Shown one piece after another: positions 1-13,810 of a DNA stretch of 64,000 nt. The DNA is taken from the NCBI RefSeq assembly GCF_021869535.1, contig NW_026262712.1:5084001-5148000 (forward strand). The letters are read 5' to 3'. A program made the translations under genes and the position numbers. This stretch comes from Mytilus californianus. Its lineage: Eukaryota. The number at the start of each line of letters is the position of its first letter. Position 1 is the first letter of the stretch. The notes below the pieces were generated by a model. The model was not told where the DNA came from. It ran no database searches and saw only the letters and a list, made by a program, of their open reading frames with translations.

Positions 1-659
1 TATATTGTTATCTAAACTTACCAGTGAACTGATCTTAAGGATAACGGAGATGAAAACAGACTTCGACCTATAAAAGGTTTATGTTTCAATATACAAGTAC
101 TATGCATAAATGTGGATTATATTGCAGAGTAAAAATGAACATCCTCACATTATATGCAATTTAAGGTTATTGTGTTTATATCCTTTCTGTCACTAGAAAT
201 GTATCATTTAAATTCAAATTCAATAGTTGATTTTATTTTATAGGACGAATACTTCATTTAATCATTTAAGATTAAGTTTGTCATGCGATTGTTTTACAAA
301 AGTGATATGATGATATAGATACTGTTTCTAATTATTTTTTTACCGATCTCTAAGAAGGAAAAGAAGTGATACCCAACTTGAAATTAAAGATTTGATTCTT
401 TGTTTGCCTTGGGTGATTATTGCTTCACGAATAATTTAAACACGTCATGTCTTATGCTTATTTTCTTATGGGTATGCATTATATTTGTGAATTTCTTTTT
501 ACAGAGTGTCAACGAATTATTTCGATTCTAATACGAGCATTACAAACTTTTGTACTTTAAGGCAGGTCTATAAAACAGGCAGCTATTTTGATATGACGAA
601 GAAAAAAAGTTAAAAAACCCGTCAATATCTGCTACATTAGGGAAACATAGAACTGACTT

Positions 660-1320
660 TGCATTTCCCAACTCATTCGGTAATCAAGAGCTTGCAGCTG
701 CTACTCAGACTTTATAAAATGCCACCAGTGTCTGAGCAGACAGTTGTTGAACTAAGGTTAGAAATATACCGATACCTCACTAATACATGATGGTCTGGAA
801 GTATAGGTTCTAGATACTGACGTTTTTTATCATCTTGATTACGTGTTACAATTTATTTGTATTTGCCCTTACTGTTTAGTCCTTTTTTGATAATATTATT
901 TTGACGTGGCTCGGTATTTATACATCCCGCTATTGTGTTATTGTGCTAAAGTCATTTATAAATTCTTGTATTTTATTGTTTTGAAAGTGATTAAGATTAT
1001 GTTGACAATAATGACTGATGTACCCCAATTGTTGACATTTTTACTTATTACAGCTGTTTGTTTTGCTCATACCTTGTTGTCAATATAATGGAATTCTATG
1101 CGATCGTCATATAAATGAGAGGTTTAGCTAGCTTTAAAACCAGGTTTAATTTACCATTTCTTACATAAGTAAATGCATGTACCAAGTCAGGAATATGACA
1201 GTTGTTTTCCATTCGTTTGAAATCTTTGAGTTTTTTATTTAGCCATTTAATAAAGGACATTTCCTTTTAAATTTTTCTTGTGAGTTCATTTTTTTTAGTT
1301 TTTTACTTTTTTTAGATGTT
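660..1320 (+). mobile_element. 3' end of a Naiad/PLE-type retroelement (RT C-terminus remnant, 3' UTR and terminal repeat module)
   Basis: Colinear with 46240-47000 (e.g. CAAGAGCTTGCAGCTGCTACTCAGACTTT...CACCAGTGTCTGAGCA), which follows a YIDD-type RT fragment; both end in the high-copy GTACCAAGTCAGGAATATGACAGTT module. Confidence 0.6.
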
Positions 1321-2193
1321 AACGGCAATGATGTGAAACATGGTAAACTTATGTTCTATTAGCATGATTAGAAAAAAAGCATTTCTATGTTCACACAGTG
1401 AAACAAAAAAGTCATTTTAGGATTTTATAACGAATAGATATACACTTCAATTTACACTGCCAATGCGTTAGTGATATTTTGGAAATTTTATTTTACCTTC
1501 TCCAGTTATCCTTAGCAAAATTTAAGACGTTTCTGAAAATTCCATGTTTCAATGTCAGCAGTAAGTAGTATGTATTGTCTGTATTGCTTGCTTTCTTTTC
1601 TTTGAATTCAAGTTTTCTGTACGTATATTCTGAAGCAATTATCATTACAGCCTTGTATAAAAGAAAAATATTAAGATATACGAGTTTTATTTCTTAGCAT
1701 TAAAGAATATGTGCAAATTCAAATATCCGGTTTTCGAGTTGTTCGTGATTGTTTGTTAAAAATCTTGGAGAAATAAATAATTTTAAATAAAAAATGTACA
1801 TCTGATTACAATCAAAAAGGTGCACAATAATATAATAAAAAAGAATCGAATAATATTTTTTTGTAAAGTTGTTTCTATAAATTATCAATAAAAAAATATA
1901 CATAAAAAGGACTAATACGGACATATAGGTTAAATTTGAAATTACTTAATATGTAAATTAATTTTCAATAAAATAATCATAAACTGTGGAAATTTCAGAA
2001 ATAAAGCAATCTTCATTTTAATTTATAGTGATGCCGCTGAACGTATGTATGTTGATGTTTTGACCATATAAGGCCAAGTGTAAAATATACACAAATTATA
2101 ACTTCTACAGATACACCAAAACTTGAATGTTGGCGGGAAATCATTGATTATTTGCTAAACAAAACAAAAAAACGAAAGTAAAGATTTTTTTTT

Positions 2194-5100
2194 TCAATAG
2201 TAATAACTTTGTGACAGAAATCTCAAAAATGCATTAACAACTGCAACATTTTTATATTGTATCAAAATCATCATCTATAACAAAATGGAGAGCTGAATAA
2301 GATTTCATATGCCTTGTTCCAAACTTTGAATGACATGATGTTTTATGTATTTCTTTACTTTCATATTTCTTTCATATTGTTTTCATGTTTTTAAAGGATT
2401 TAAAACATGAATAAACGTGTTCACATTAATTGCGATTATATTTTTTCTATAGAGTTATTTAAGGCACTCCACTCTAAGCAGTAAACCCTTTACATTTGTG
2501 TCTGTGTTACCTGGCAAACAATACACGTAACAATCAAACCAAAATATATCTTCAAGTAACTAGTCAGCTGTTCATTAAAGATTTCATAGCAGTAATATAT
2601 ACCAGAATGTCCTCTTTCTTCACATCCCAGCTGTATGAACAAAATGTAAAGGTACTTTTATTACACGAACAATTTGTAATAGTTCAGTATAGGAAGAGAT
2701 ACTTTTGCTTACTTTCTACTTGGTGATATCTAAACGAAAGACTTAGGTATTAAAAAGGAATCAAGGAGTAGTAAAAGTTGTATGTACATGTACGGCCAAT
2801 GCGCCTGATTTTGTGTCACGAACACTTTTTCATATTTTATATACTCAAGATTTTTATATTGATAAAAACCATTGTGATAAAAAGTTAGAAGGATTGCATT
2901 TTCATCAAATGATATCAATCATCAATATGCATTATTGATGATTGACATCATTATTCGTTATTTTATAACAGACAATATACATATGTAGGGTTATAATCTA
3001 TGAACAACAAAATATTTAACGTTTTTATAATCAAATATGTAACTCTTTATCAAGGTTTAAATATGTATCCTTATCTTAGATCTTACATTATGAGTTGTAT
3101 ATGTTCCTATTAGTATATAGTATTTGAAACATTTGGTGTCTATAAATCGGAAGACAGTCTATTGTGCAATATAAGATAGAACACATAAACAATGAAGGAC
3201 AAAGATGTGAATTTAAACATAGAGTTAACACTTACATGTAATTTAAGAAAGCTGATTTGGTTTTATATTATATTCTGCTTCATTTTGCTGATGCAATTTT
3301 GAGTTATCTTTTGTTTCGTACTCATAAATCCAATAAGGATGTTATGTTAGTATAACATCAAAGTACGCACGCGAAGCTATAACACTGTGAACTAGTAAGA
3401 TTGGAGAATGGTTTTAAAAATGAAGACTTCTATGATATTTTGGTTGAATCAATTTATTGAACTTATTGTAGGTTTTCTTGCAAAGTGTATCCATAGAGTA
3501 CATATTCAGTGACATTCGATCTCTCATTTATGAAAAATTACCTGAGATTCACCTTTCTAGAATTATTTCAAGAAAATGACTGATCTCTCATGCAATGACA
3601 ATTTAAGAAACGTACCTTTGACAGAAAATGTGGAAATGTGTCATAGAAGTATGAATATGAAATGTAACTTGAACCGTATTCATAAGCTCTGGTATAGGTG
3701 AATAAGGTATCTCTGAAGCATGACTTCTATATATATAAATAATAAAAACAAACAAATGATAGAAGCAACATCAGTAAGTATACATCTGTGAATCTATTAT
3801 CAATATGCAAACTAAGAAAAAGACGGGGAGAATCAGTTAAGCATGAAACGGGGGTAAATCGGTTTGGTTGATTGAGTAAGCGTCTCCTGATTTGTATACC
3901 CAGTTGTTTATCACTCTATCTTATAAGACATTTGCAAAGCTTTAAGCACCATTTACTTACACTAATTGTCTTTTGATTACACTTTCATATGGTTGCTGTT
4001 TCCATGAAGTACACCGACAACTTTTTGTTTTACAATAAACAGGAGACGAAGACGATCACCTTCTTTTTACAAAAACAGGGATACCATTAGTAAGAGGCAA
4101 TCATTTGTAAATAAAATAGACGACATCATATTGAAAATAAAAAAAAAACACGTAATGAAAACTGTAGATAGAGCAAACTTGGGAATTCCATTGATATACA
4201 AATATTTTCTGCTCCACTAAACGCATTCGTCATTTTACTCATTTGCAAATAACTATATGAAAAGAGGACGGGATTGTGATTAAAACAAATAGAACATGTC
4301 TTCATCATCTATAGCACAGATATTTTACCAGGATCAGATAAATCATGATGACCTTCGTAAATCTTTTGAAGGAAGACTTTGCCTTTACCATTCGGAAATC
4401 TTGTTTCGATAACTTACTTGTTGAGCGGAAACGAGATCAGAATAAACAACATATTCGATCTTTATACTTTCTGAAAATTCTAAACCTAACCTAGTTATGT
4501 ATTTATTTAATATGTCTCCTTATTTTTTATTTAATATGTAATTTTGAGATATTTTGCTATAGTAGTTAATCCAATACTTTGAGGTATTTTCTGAAACAAC
4601 TCAGTACATTGTTTAATTTTACAAGTAAATAACAGTTTGGAAAATACACTAAGCAGACCTTAATATATTACAAGTTATATGTCTAAAAACTAATGCATAT
4701 ACAGAAATGGATAATATTGAACATTGATTGATTGAAAAAACCTATCATTGTTCCAATCGATTATGTCCAACATCGATTTAAAATGACAAGTCACAGAACT
4801 TCGTATCAACAGTAAAATACATACTTCATAATCATACGCTACTGATACGTTGTTACCCAGATATATAAAATTTACATAGGGAAAATAAAAAAACAATCAA
4901 TGGTGTCCTTAAGTGTAGTCCTCCTGCCGAATATCATTCAACTTCAATGTAAAGATGTTTGTGTAGTTATCGAATGAAAATACATCATCGATATATTGGA
5001 AAGTGACGATAATGGTTTGTGTTAGCCTCTTATAATTTTTCCTCTGAAGTGCTAGTTGAAAAAGAAATATTTTGTTTTCTGTTCTTTGGTCGGGCTGTTG

Positions 5101-7987
5101 TCTCTTAGACACATTTCATATTTCCATTCTCAATTTTATAAATGAACGAATAGTCAAAAGGAAGAGGACATTTGGTTTCCCATTGAGAGTCGCTTAGCTG
5201 TTGATATGTTATAATTAAAATAAATCAAACATGTTGATTATGTTTGTTTGAGATAATGTTGTTCATGTTGTTTAAGATAATGTTTTCTTTAACCCGAGTG
5301 GTTTTGACCCTCCTGGAATAAGATTTTTGTATCAGTGTGTTCAACACTGCATGCAAGTATTATGTTAAGGAATCAATAAACTACTTGAAAATCAGTCGTA
5401 AATTCCGAGTTTTCTTTTTTTCTGGTAGTTAATAGGTCAAGAAAACGCAATGTTTAATAGAAGTTTACAAATAGTTAACTGGATGCAGTAAGTTCATGAA
5501 TCGACACCTGATTTACTGTCCAGTATTTTTCAAATTTAACAAAGTTTATTATACATACAACATCAAATTTAATGTAGAGAAAACCTGTAAAACATGATTT
5601 ACTACAAATTAAAGTCAATGATATTCCAAACAGTAAGCTGTTTACCGTGGTTTTAAATCTGATTTAACCTCGAGTTACAAATTTAATACAACGATAAACT
5701 TTCATTTAATGCAAATTGAAATCAGATTCAACTTTAAGTTTAAAGATTTAATGTGTGAAATAACTTGATTTACTTCAAATTTAAACTCATTTTGACTCCT
5801 CTTTTAAACATCACAGTCTGACTATTATTTTTATTTGTCTGTAAGTTATTGATGAATGCAAGTTTATAAGGTAGAGAAGGCATTTTTTTGACTTACTATT
5901 ACACAAAGGGATTGATTCATATTTCTTTTACTCTACGGATTAGGTTTTTTTGTATATCCACAGTTTATTTAGGTCGCCATTTTCCATTCGTTTGATGTGT
6001 TTGAGCTTTCGATTTTGCCATTTGTTAAGGGACTTTCTGTTTTGAATTGTCCTTGGAGATCGGTATTTTTGTTATTTCACTTTTTACCAAAGGTTGTTTT
6101 ACAGTAACTTATGTAAGCCATGTTTTATTTATTTAATTAATTATTTTGAAAGATGCCTCCTGGAGTTTTTGACTAACCCAGGAATATTACGTGGTGTGTA
6201 AGGAAACTTAAGAAATTAGGTATATCGCGAATAATAAAGATAAATCATCCATGAACTTCGTGTTTCGTTGAATTTTGAAAGGTACGAAAAACAGACTAAT
6301 GACTTCTCAGGATTACCAACTCAAAATCAACATGATGGAATGATGATTATATTTTGATAAATCCTGGATATTGGTTTGAATTTTAAACATTTCACGTAAC
6401 ACAATCCTTAATATAATTTCGGTGTTTACAGGTAAGAATTTAGAAACAAAACAGGTAGTCGTAACTGAATCGTTTTTTGATTTTTTTATTGCAAATCTTT
6501 TTGGATTGGTACTTGTGAAATTCTGATTATTTATAGTGAAGTTACTTACCTCTTTGTATAAAATTGAAAGAATGACTAAATATATACTGTATACTATGAT
6601 CATCAATGAACTCATCAATACGGTCTACAATATACGATATGATAATTGATATTTTTGTTGTTAACAGTTTGATTAAATGCATGTTATTCTCAACAGTTTA
6701 AACAACTTTGAAATCTTTTGGAATTCGTTTTGTATAATGAAAGTATTATAAGATGTCAAGAGGACCTTTATATTATTCTTTTTCGTGTATTCATAAAAAC
6801 AGGTGAATTGTTTTGTTAAAGTTTGTGAAAACACGAATAGTTTTATCACTTACATTTTGTTTTGTATTCCTTAGTATACTCCTATGTTCTATCTGGTTTT
6901 AATCAGGTATTCGGTTACCAGTATTTAAAACAAAATAGACACTTGAGTTCATGTTCCTATTCGGTATAATATATGTTCTGCTTCTGTACTAAGAAAGTTA
7001 TATATTTCTGTATATCTAAGAACGTCTCATTTGTCAATTCGTTTTCAATTGAATGCATAAGTTGTACAAGTCGGTTACCGAAGATTCCACTATAAGCTGT
7101 TTTCTATAAGTGTGTTTTATTACATGTTTATGACTATTGTTTTTTCCTCTCTTTTTTAAGCAAATACACTCATTATTGATACTCATCTTTAAATTGAAAA
7201 AAAAAACTAATCATTTAGAGGTGTCAATATTTTATGCATACGATGAATAGGGGATTACTTACTATCAGTAGCATGGGCTTTCTCCGTCCGATAACTCCCC
7301 ATATACCAAATATCCCAGTAAGAAGTTCTAACACAAAAACTCCAATCAGAGATAATATAATTGATTTCACTGTTGTTCCAAGGGGCATGCCGGCTACGTC
7401 TTGCATATCCACAATTTTAATGACATCAGTATCCAAGATGTCGTCGCCAAATTTAATGTAGATTGCCATCAATATAAAACCAAGAGACAGAGTCTGAAAA
7501 AGGCATAAATAAATAAATTGTTAATCATGACATGGCTGCATATGCATATAGTGTGCGTTTAAATAGGTTAAAATGCAAAGAACGTATGCCATATTGTATA
7601 AATAAATATGCAATCTGTTTTTATCAATAATTCTGTAGTGACACGTGTCCAAGAATGACACTGTATGACCATTTTAGCAGTTTTTACCATGGCAAACCAA
7701 TAGTCTAAAACGAAAACACTTACTGTAAATGAAGCAAAACCAAGATAAGTAATTGTTATTTCAAATGAATATATCTTTTAGCGGAAATAAGAGCAAATTG
7801 GCCGTAAGCGTATTCCTAGGCATAACTCTAAAATATTAAATGCATATGAAGTATATATACAGTTATTCAAATGATTTAAATAAAGTATGGTATAAAACAT
7901 ACTTTCTGTTCGATCTACTTCCTATGTACCTATACCTAGTGATAATCGAATTGTTGGCGATCTACTTTTCTGATGGCAATTCCTCAT
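2194..7987 (-). pseudogene. Tetraspanin-like four-TM gene, 8 predicted coding exons, three in-frame stops (probable pseudogene or null allele)
   Basis: AG/GT-bounded, phase-compatible exons: 7987-7936 (MRNCHQKSRSPTIRLSL), 7815-7724 (IRLRPICSYFR*KIYSFEITITYLGFASFT), 7493-7263 (TLSLGFILMAIYIKFG...GIFGIWGVIGRRKPMLLI), 6624-6550 (75 bp, TVLMSSLMIIVYSIYLVILSILYKE), 4470-4418 (KV*RSNMLF..., least certain), 3712-3616 (DTLFTYTRAYEYGSS...FLSK), 2630-2511 (LGCEERGHSGIYYCYE...YFGLIVTCIVCQ), 2292-2194 (LSILL*MMILIQYKN...). TM spacing and exon pattern resemble tetraspanins; N-terminal start uncertain. Confidence 0.6.
4700..5010 (-). mobile_element. Degraded Naiad/PLE reverse transcriptase fragment
   Basis: ORF track shows FQYIDDVFSFDN (RT catalytic motif) followed by AYDYEVCILLLIRSSVTC, matching APAYGAYISQLIRYSRAC in the 54 kb RT. 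Confidence 0.55.
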
Positions 7988-10900
7988 TGTGCAATGGTGA
8001 TTTTTTGCGCAGATCAAATCTATCATCGATATAAATATAATTAGAGTCTCATTCCCTGCATAACATGCGCCTTTTCTGGTGTATCTTTATTATAGTTGTT
8101 CCGATCCACAAAAATAAATGGGATATTAACTGCATCATGTATAGGAGAAAAAACACATTTTTCTTGGGAAGAGATATTGATGAAAAGGATGAAAGGGCAT
8201 TATCAGGCTTTTCATACGGTAAAGGTTTTACTCATTGTTTAAGGTCCTCCGGTGACCTGTAATCTTTAAAATCTTTGTTTTATGGTCTTTAAATTATAAA
8301 ATAAAATTGGGAATGGAAGCCATTTCAACGTGAATAAAAAAAAATCACTTTCTTTTTAAACAGTACAACAGTTTGTTTAGTGCAAACAGTGATAGAAATA
8401 AATATTTCTATTCAACGTTGTCAATAAAAAACAAATTTCACCTAAGGACAATGTATAAACAGTTTCGTACAGAAACATGTAGGATGCACTTCGACATCTG
8501 TATGATCACATTAAAACATTGAATGCACATTTTGACATCAACTGTTTTTTTAGTGATACTCATTTTCCTCTTGACCAATACATTTATTTACTTACCCTGG
8601 TAACTTCGGATGCTGTCAGAACAATATTTGCTGAAATAGTTAAACGACCTCGTCTAATTTTCGCCATTTTGAAACTTACTAAACGTCGCGTTTTATTAAC
8701 GCACTGACGCTTGTAAATTAAAGATTTGTTGATTATATGCCTCGTGTTAATCATATCAATCTACAATGCATTAATACGTTCATAATTAGATGAATGGAAT
8801 CATTCAACAACAGTTAGTTTAAATATCAAAGATTTTAGTTTGATGAACCTTCATTAAATTATATAATTAGGAGACACCGTAACTTATGAATTACTGATAA
8901 TATACACACAGATGCGTGCATACCAACTGCATATTAGCAGATCAGTAATACAGAATTTGAATTGATGTAACCACGTCTAGGTTCTTACAGACTCGGATAG
9001 TTTTGGTAATATGGTCAAGCGTTAATTCTAACACGAAGAATTTATAATAAGCATAAGAAAGTTTAGGCCAAAAAAAAAATGAGCGTTTGCTACGAAGTGT
9101 GCGTGAAACGTAAACGTGTGACATCAAAGCTATACGCCCTTTAATCTCTGACTTGTGGTATTCACATTGAGCGCTCGCTTACCTTTACATATTTACGCCA
9201 GGCCCTAAATATGATAAACACATGTTAAGCAAATAATACCCCAAAAAAATGCAATGAACATAAGTATGCATATGTACACGCTTTAGTGTTTCCCTGTTTA
9301 GCTTGGTTAGTACTAAGTCAGGAATATGACAGTTGTTATCCCTTCGTTTGATGTGTTTGAGCCTTAAATTGTTTTTCATTGGATTAGGGACTAATTTATT
9401 TATTTTACTCATCATTGTATGGATTTTTCTTTAATCACATTTATAAGCCATATTGTAAGGATCTCTAGAAATAATTCTTGTTGTGATTTCCTGTCTAGTA
9501 ATAATACAAACGCTACATCTGTATTGAAAACTGTCCGTTGTAAAGCACCTTAGATCAGCGCCCTTTGGTCATGGTGTTTGTGCTGCACACTGAACAGTTT
9601 TCTGTGCATTGTGTTGTTGATTTGCTAGTTTTGTCGACGTTGTTGTTTGCAATTGGAAATTGTCAGTTTATATCCAAACCAACCAAAAAGGAAATCAGTC
9701 CCATTTAACAAATCACCAAATACAAATCGATCTAACGGTATAATTACCAATACTCTTTTCACAAATGTTATATAAATTTAATTAACAGTCGTTTATCTCA
9801 AAGAAAATCCTAACCAAGTTAACAAAATGTACTTGCGGGAACTGCATGAACCCCAAAATGGTCGATAGGGTAACTTAAATTAACACTGTCTTAATCAAGT
9901 ATTGTCGATTTCGGTCATTCCTCATTATAAATCGATGCAAGCGGTTTTTGTGTGGAAAGCACATACACACTATCAACCTGATTTTCATCTGGTGACACAT
10001 TAAGTCACTATGAATATCAATACAATGATATGAATCTCAGACATATGTCTTTCCTTACTCCTAAAAATATAAATGAGACTGCTCAGATTATATGCGAGAC
10101 TGCCACTTTCATTCCAATATAAGTAATTACGAAACTTAACAATTCGATGTTGACTTTGATTTGTTCTGATGAACATATTATAACTTTACCCGGGACGCTT
10201 GTGTTACAATCAGGAATGGAGCTTCTTATTTTCATAAAACTCTGTTTAGCTGAACATAAAATGCCAACGTCTCTCAATGAATGACATCAAAGAACAGTCA
10301 CGGAGATATGATATAATTGCCAATGACTTCCGCAAGACAACCAAAAATACGATTGGGTTATCCAGGCAAAAGTAACCATTATGACCACATTCAAATTACC
10401 ATTTACAAAAAAGTTGAAAAAGAAGACTGGAAGAGAGCTTGCGACTTTCACAAACAAGTTAAAAACGGTTGGCGTTGTCGTAGAAGTAGAAAATTTAACT
10501 GGAAATGATTCTATTGTGCAGGGCACGAATATGGAATATACTACTGAAACGACAAAGAATCTACAACGACTAGATAACTTATTTACCCGTTCTTTATTAA
10601 TGAAATGTGTTTCTTCAAATTTCTTCCAAATGCTTCAGATGAACCAAATTTTGCATTGTTTTATTTTATTAATTGTTCCATACAAAGAAAGATTGGTATC
10701 AAAAGGACTCTTTAGGTCATAATAGCGCTTCAGTCATTCAATCAGTTTCGGTCTTCCACTTTTTTTTTTCTCTTTCGTGCTCTTAACGATGTTTCCCAAT
10801 AAATAATTTTCGACGTTTCGAATCGATTGTGTTCTATGTTTGTTTACTAGAAGTTGTAATTTAAAATCCCAGTGCTTCGTAACTGACACGGTTTTTTTTT

Positions 10901-12974
10901 ACATTTATTTCCTAATGTGGCATTAGCATTATCATCATAATGGGAAGTTAAAATTAAAAGTATTTTTTTGAATTTTGAACGTTTACAAGGCAAGCAATGT
11001 CAAGAAGAAAAATAAAACAACGATAAAACGGCAAACAATAGTCTACAATACACAACATGGAAAGATATGAAAGAAAACGGAGCAAAAAGAACCATAAAAA
11101 CACACCAAAATCCGAATCATTTTAGGTGTTCTAGAAGGTTAAACAGATCTTGTTCCACATGTCGTATCCGCAGTGTTGCTCATATATGTACAAACCCGGT
11201 AATAAGTATAATTCGGCTGGTCATCTTCGAAGAAAAAAGGGGGGAATTTTGGTATATGATAATTGTAACATACATTTTGTCATCAGTAAAACAGATATAT
11301 CATAAAGGTCAACTAACTCGTTCTTTATAATGTCAGTGAATGGGTAGAAAATATAGAAAAAACACCAGTTCTTATAATTTTGTTTACATTTATTTTATAT
11401 TTGATCATTACATGTTTTTCAATATGATCCATTTAGTATTTCATGATGATTTAGATGTGTAAAATATCATTAACAAAATATGTTTTTCTATAAACCTTGA
11501 TAGCAACTCTCAACCAATCATGGACAAAAATGAATAATTGTACTATAACCTGACAATTTAAAAATATGATGGATTATTGTTAATTAGTTTTTACAATCTG
11601 TTTGGTTTTCAGGCATGAAGTTGCTAGTTTCAATATTCTAAGATTTCATAACATTAAAAAGTCTAGATGATGTTGCTGCATCAAGCGTTCTTTGTCTAGA
11701 AAGTACCCAGGCGAACTCGACATGCGTTAGTGAAAATAAATCGGTGCAGGATTAAACCAAGGAGTATGATGTGTAGTCGGTATCCAGTACCCAGTATTTA
11801 CCATATGGAGCAACTGTAATTATAGAAAACAACAATGTAAGAAAATGTTTAGAGGACAGGAATCGAGGGCACAATCTAATTTCACCATTTTTTTTTTCTC
11901 ATATGAGTGTTTATATAGGCTACTGTTAAACAAAGCGGAAAAAACTAATAGAAAACAAAGAAAAGCTTATTTTGACTTAACATTTAAATTAATGACAATG
12001 ACCAAAAGAAAATACTAACAACAGTTTATCAAATCCAATCTGCAAAACAACTTTCATGCTACTTATAATGTATAGTTGATTTAAAAATTGATATGAATAA
12101 AAATAAGAGTGCGGTATAAGTGAATATATAGTGACTGCAAAGCTGATTGACAATCATTACAATTTGATTTGCCGAATATCTCGTGTAATATGGCATCATG
12201 TTTTTGAACGCTCGTAGGACATAAATGAAAGTGCCCCTAAACGTGCGAATAACGTCCACTAAAATTGATGTTATTGATGGATTAGCAACGGACAAAATGA
12301 CGTTTTTCTATCTGTTACACATTATCTTAATAATTACCCAAACATCTGTTGGATTACAAAGAACGGTGTGATATTTTGCATTCATGAAAATTCAAAAAAA
12401 TTATTGCGAACAATGCACATTGTAACTTTATTTCCTTCTGTCTTATATATCTTAATAAAAAGCCAAATCAAAATGAAAAATAGCTTAATAAGTACCTGGA
12501 GAAAACTTAATGGCAAGCTTTGCTGGTTCTTTTGGGTCTGGGTTGTATCCGTCACAAATCGCAGTTGTTATTTTTCCATCTCTGAGGAGAGAAGAGAAAA
12601 GAAAACACCAATGATCGCTGTTAATGATGATACGGTGGTACCGTTTATTGGGTTTTTGTTTTTTCGGTAAACGTGTTTTTTCTGTCCGATTTTTTTTTTT
12701 TTTAAATTCAAATATTCCGTGTCATTTAATTAAGCTTTTTTTTTGTGTTTTAAGAAGTGAAAAAACTTGCATGCATGCAATTTTGTTATGCAAGACTTTT
12801 TTAGAAGGCTTTTTTTTCTGTCATCAAATTGACTTTCTTTAATTTTTTCTAAAATCTCTAATAAAACAGTTCGATTGAACCTTGTTGTTTATTGTTTAAT
12901 ACAGGATATTCCAATATTTATATAGCTGAAGAATTACTTGAATTATGTCGTGTAAACGAAAAGAAAGAATTACT

Positions 12975-13170
12975 GCAATCAATTACGATGTGTGACCCAA
13001 AACGTGGCAGGTGCATTCAATTCCAATCCCAATTGACTAAGATGGTCAGTGCTACTGCTCAAAATTCAGAGGTTCTCTCCGGAAAATGCGGCTTCATGTA
13101 CTAATAAAAGTTGAAACCTACGATATAACGAAAATTGCTGACAGTTGCCCTAAACACCAACAATCAATTG
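12975..13170 (+). mobile_element. Degraded SINE copy (central domain and 3' tail)
   Basis: GGTTCTCTCCGGAAAATGCGGCTTC resembles the central domain of the SINE at 15067-15270; 5' tRNA boxes not recognisable. Confidence 0.4.
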
Positions 13171-13379
13171 TTTTTTTTTTCATTTATTTTTGGAGTTTTC
13201 CTTATTTTGTCTTACTTTTATAATGTCCCTTTGTTCGTGTAACTCTTTGGGTAGCTATGTATATGTTCATCCACCTTTTTGTATAGGTCATTATGTTCTA
13301 CTATACCATTCTAGATATAATTGTCTGTTATATTAGATAATCTAATTAAGTTGTGTTGTGTATATATAATAAAATTGAT

Positions 13380-13520
13380 AATGAAAAGGGGAACTTGTCG
13401 AAGAAACAACAACACGACCAAAGAGCAGAAAACAGCCGATGGCCACCAATGGGTTTCAACACAGTGAAAAAACCCGCACCCGGAGATGGGCTTTAGCTGG
13501 CCCCTATAAAAAATTGTGTA
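13380..13520 (+). repeat. High-copy dispersed non-autonomous repeat (GGAATGTGTCAAAGAGACAACAACCCGACC family)
   Basis: Related copies at about 5075-5140 (-), 16490-16590 (+), 31735-31880 (-), 39717-39865 (+), 56330-56470 (-); these generate the recurring MSKRQQP/PPMGLQHSEK spurious ORFs. Confidence 0.75.
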
Positions 13521-13810
13521 CTATACAGTCCGCCAAAAGTTAAGCACCACCTAAATATAACTGTCAATATTTTTTTAACTATTGCGAAAAAAATATTTAT
13601 CATGTTTATGTTTGGTGTAATGAATTGCCTATAGCATACACTAAGAAAATTCATTACGACCAAAAAAATTAAACTCCGATATACCCGCCAAACAACCATT
13701 TATTAAAGGTCATCTGCACTCTACAAATACACTGTTTTGATGCCTTAAAATCATTTTCCTACTGTCCCGCGTACAGGTGAAATTTGACCTTCACCAAGTC
13801 ACTGTGAAAT

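Noticed and set aside
7988-8256. Extended N-terminal coding region for the tetraspanin-like gene (acceptor at 8257, ATG at 8235)
   Set aside because: Needs several frameshifts and has no recognisable homology; may be 5' UTR, as may candidate exons at about 8597-8631 and 9183.
10261-10740. Coding-like stretch with overlapping ORFs; KDWYQKDSLGHNS faintly recalls Crypton/DUF3504 motifs
   Set aside because: No catalytic motif or continuous frame could be established by eye.
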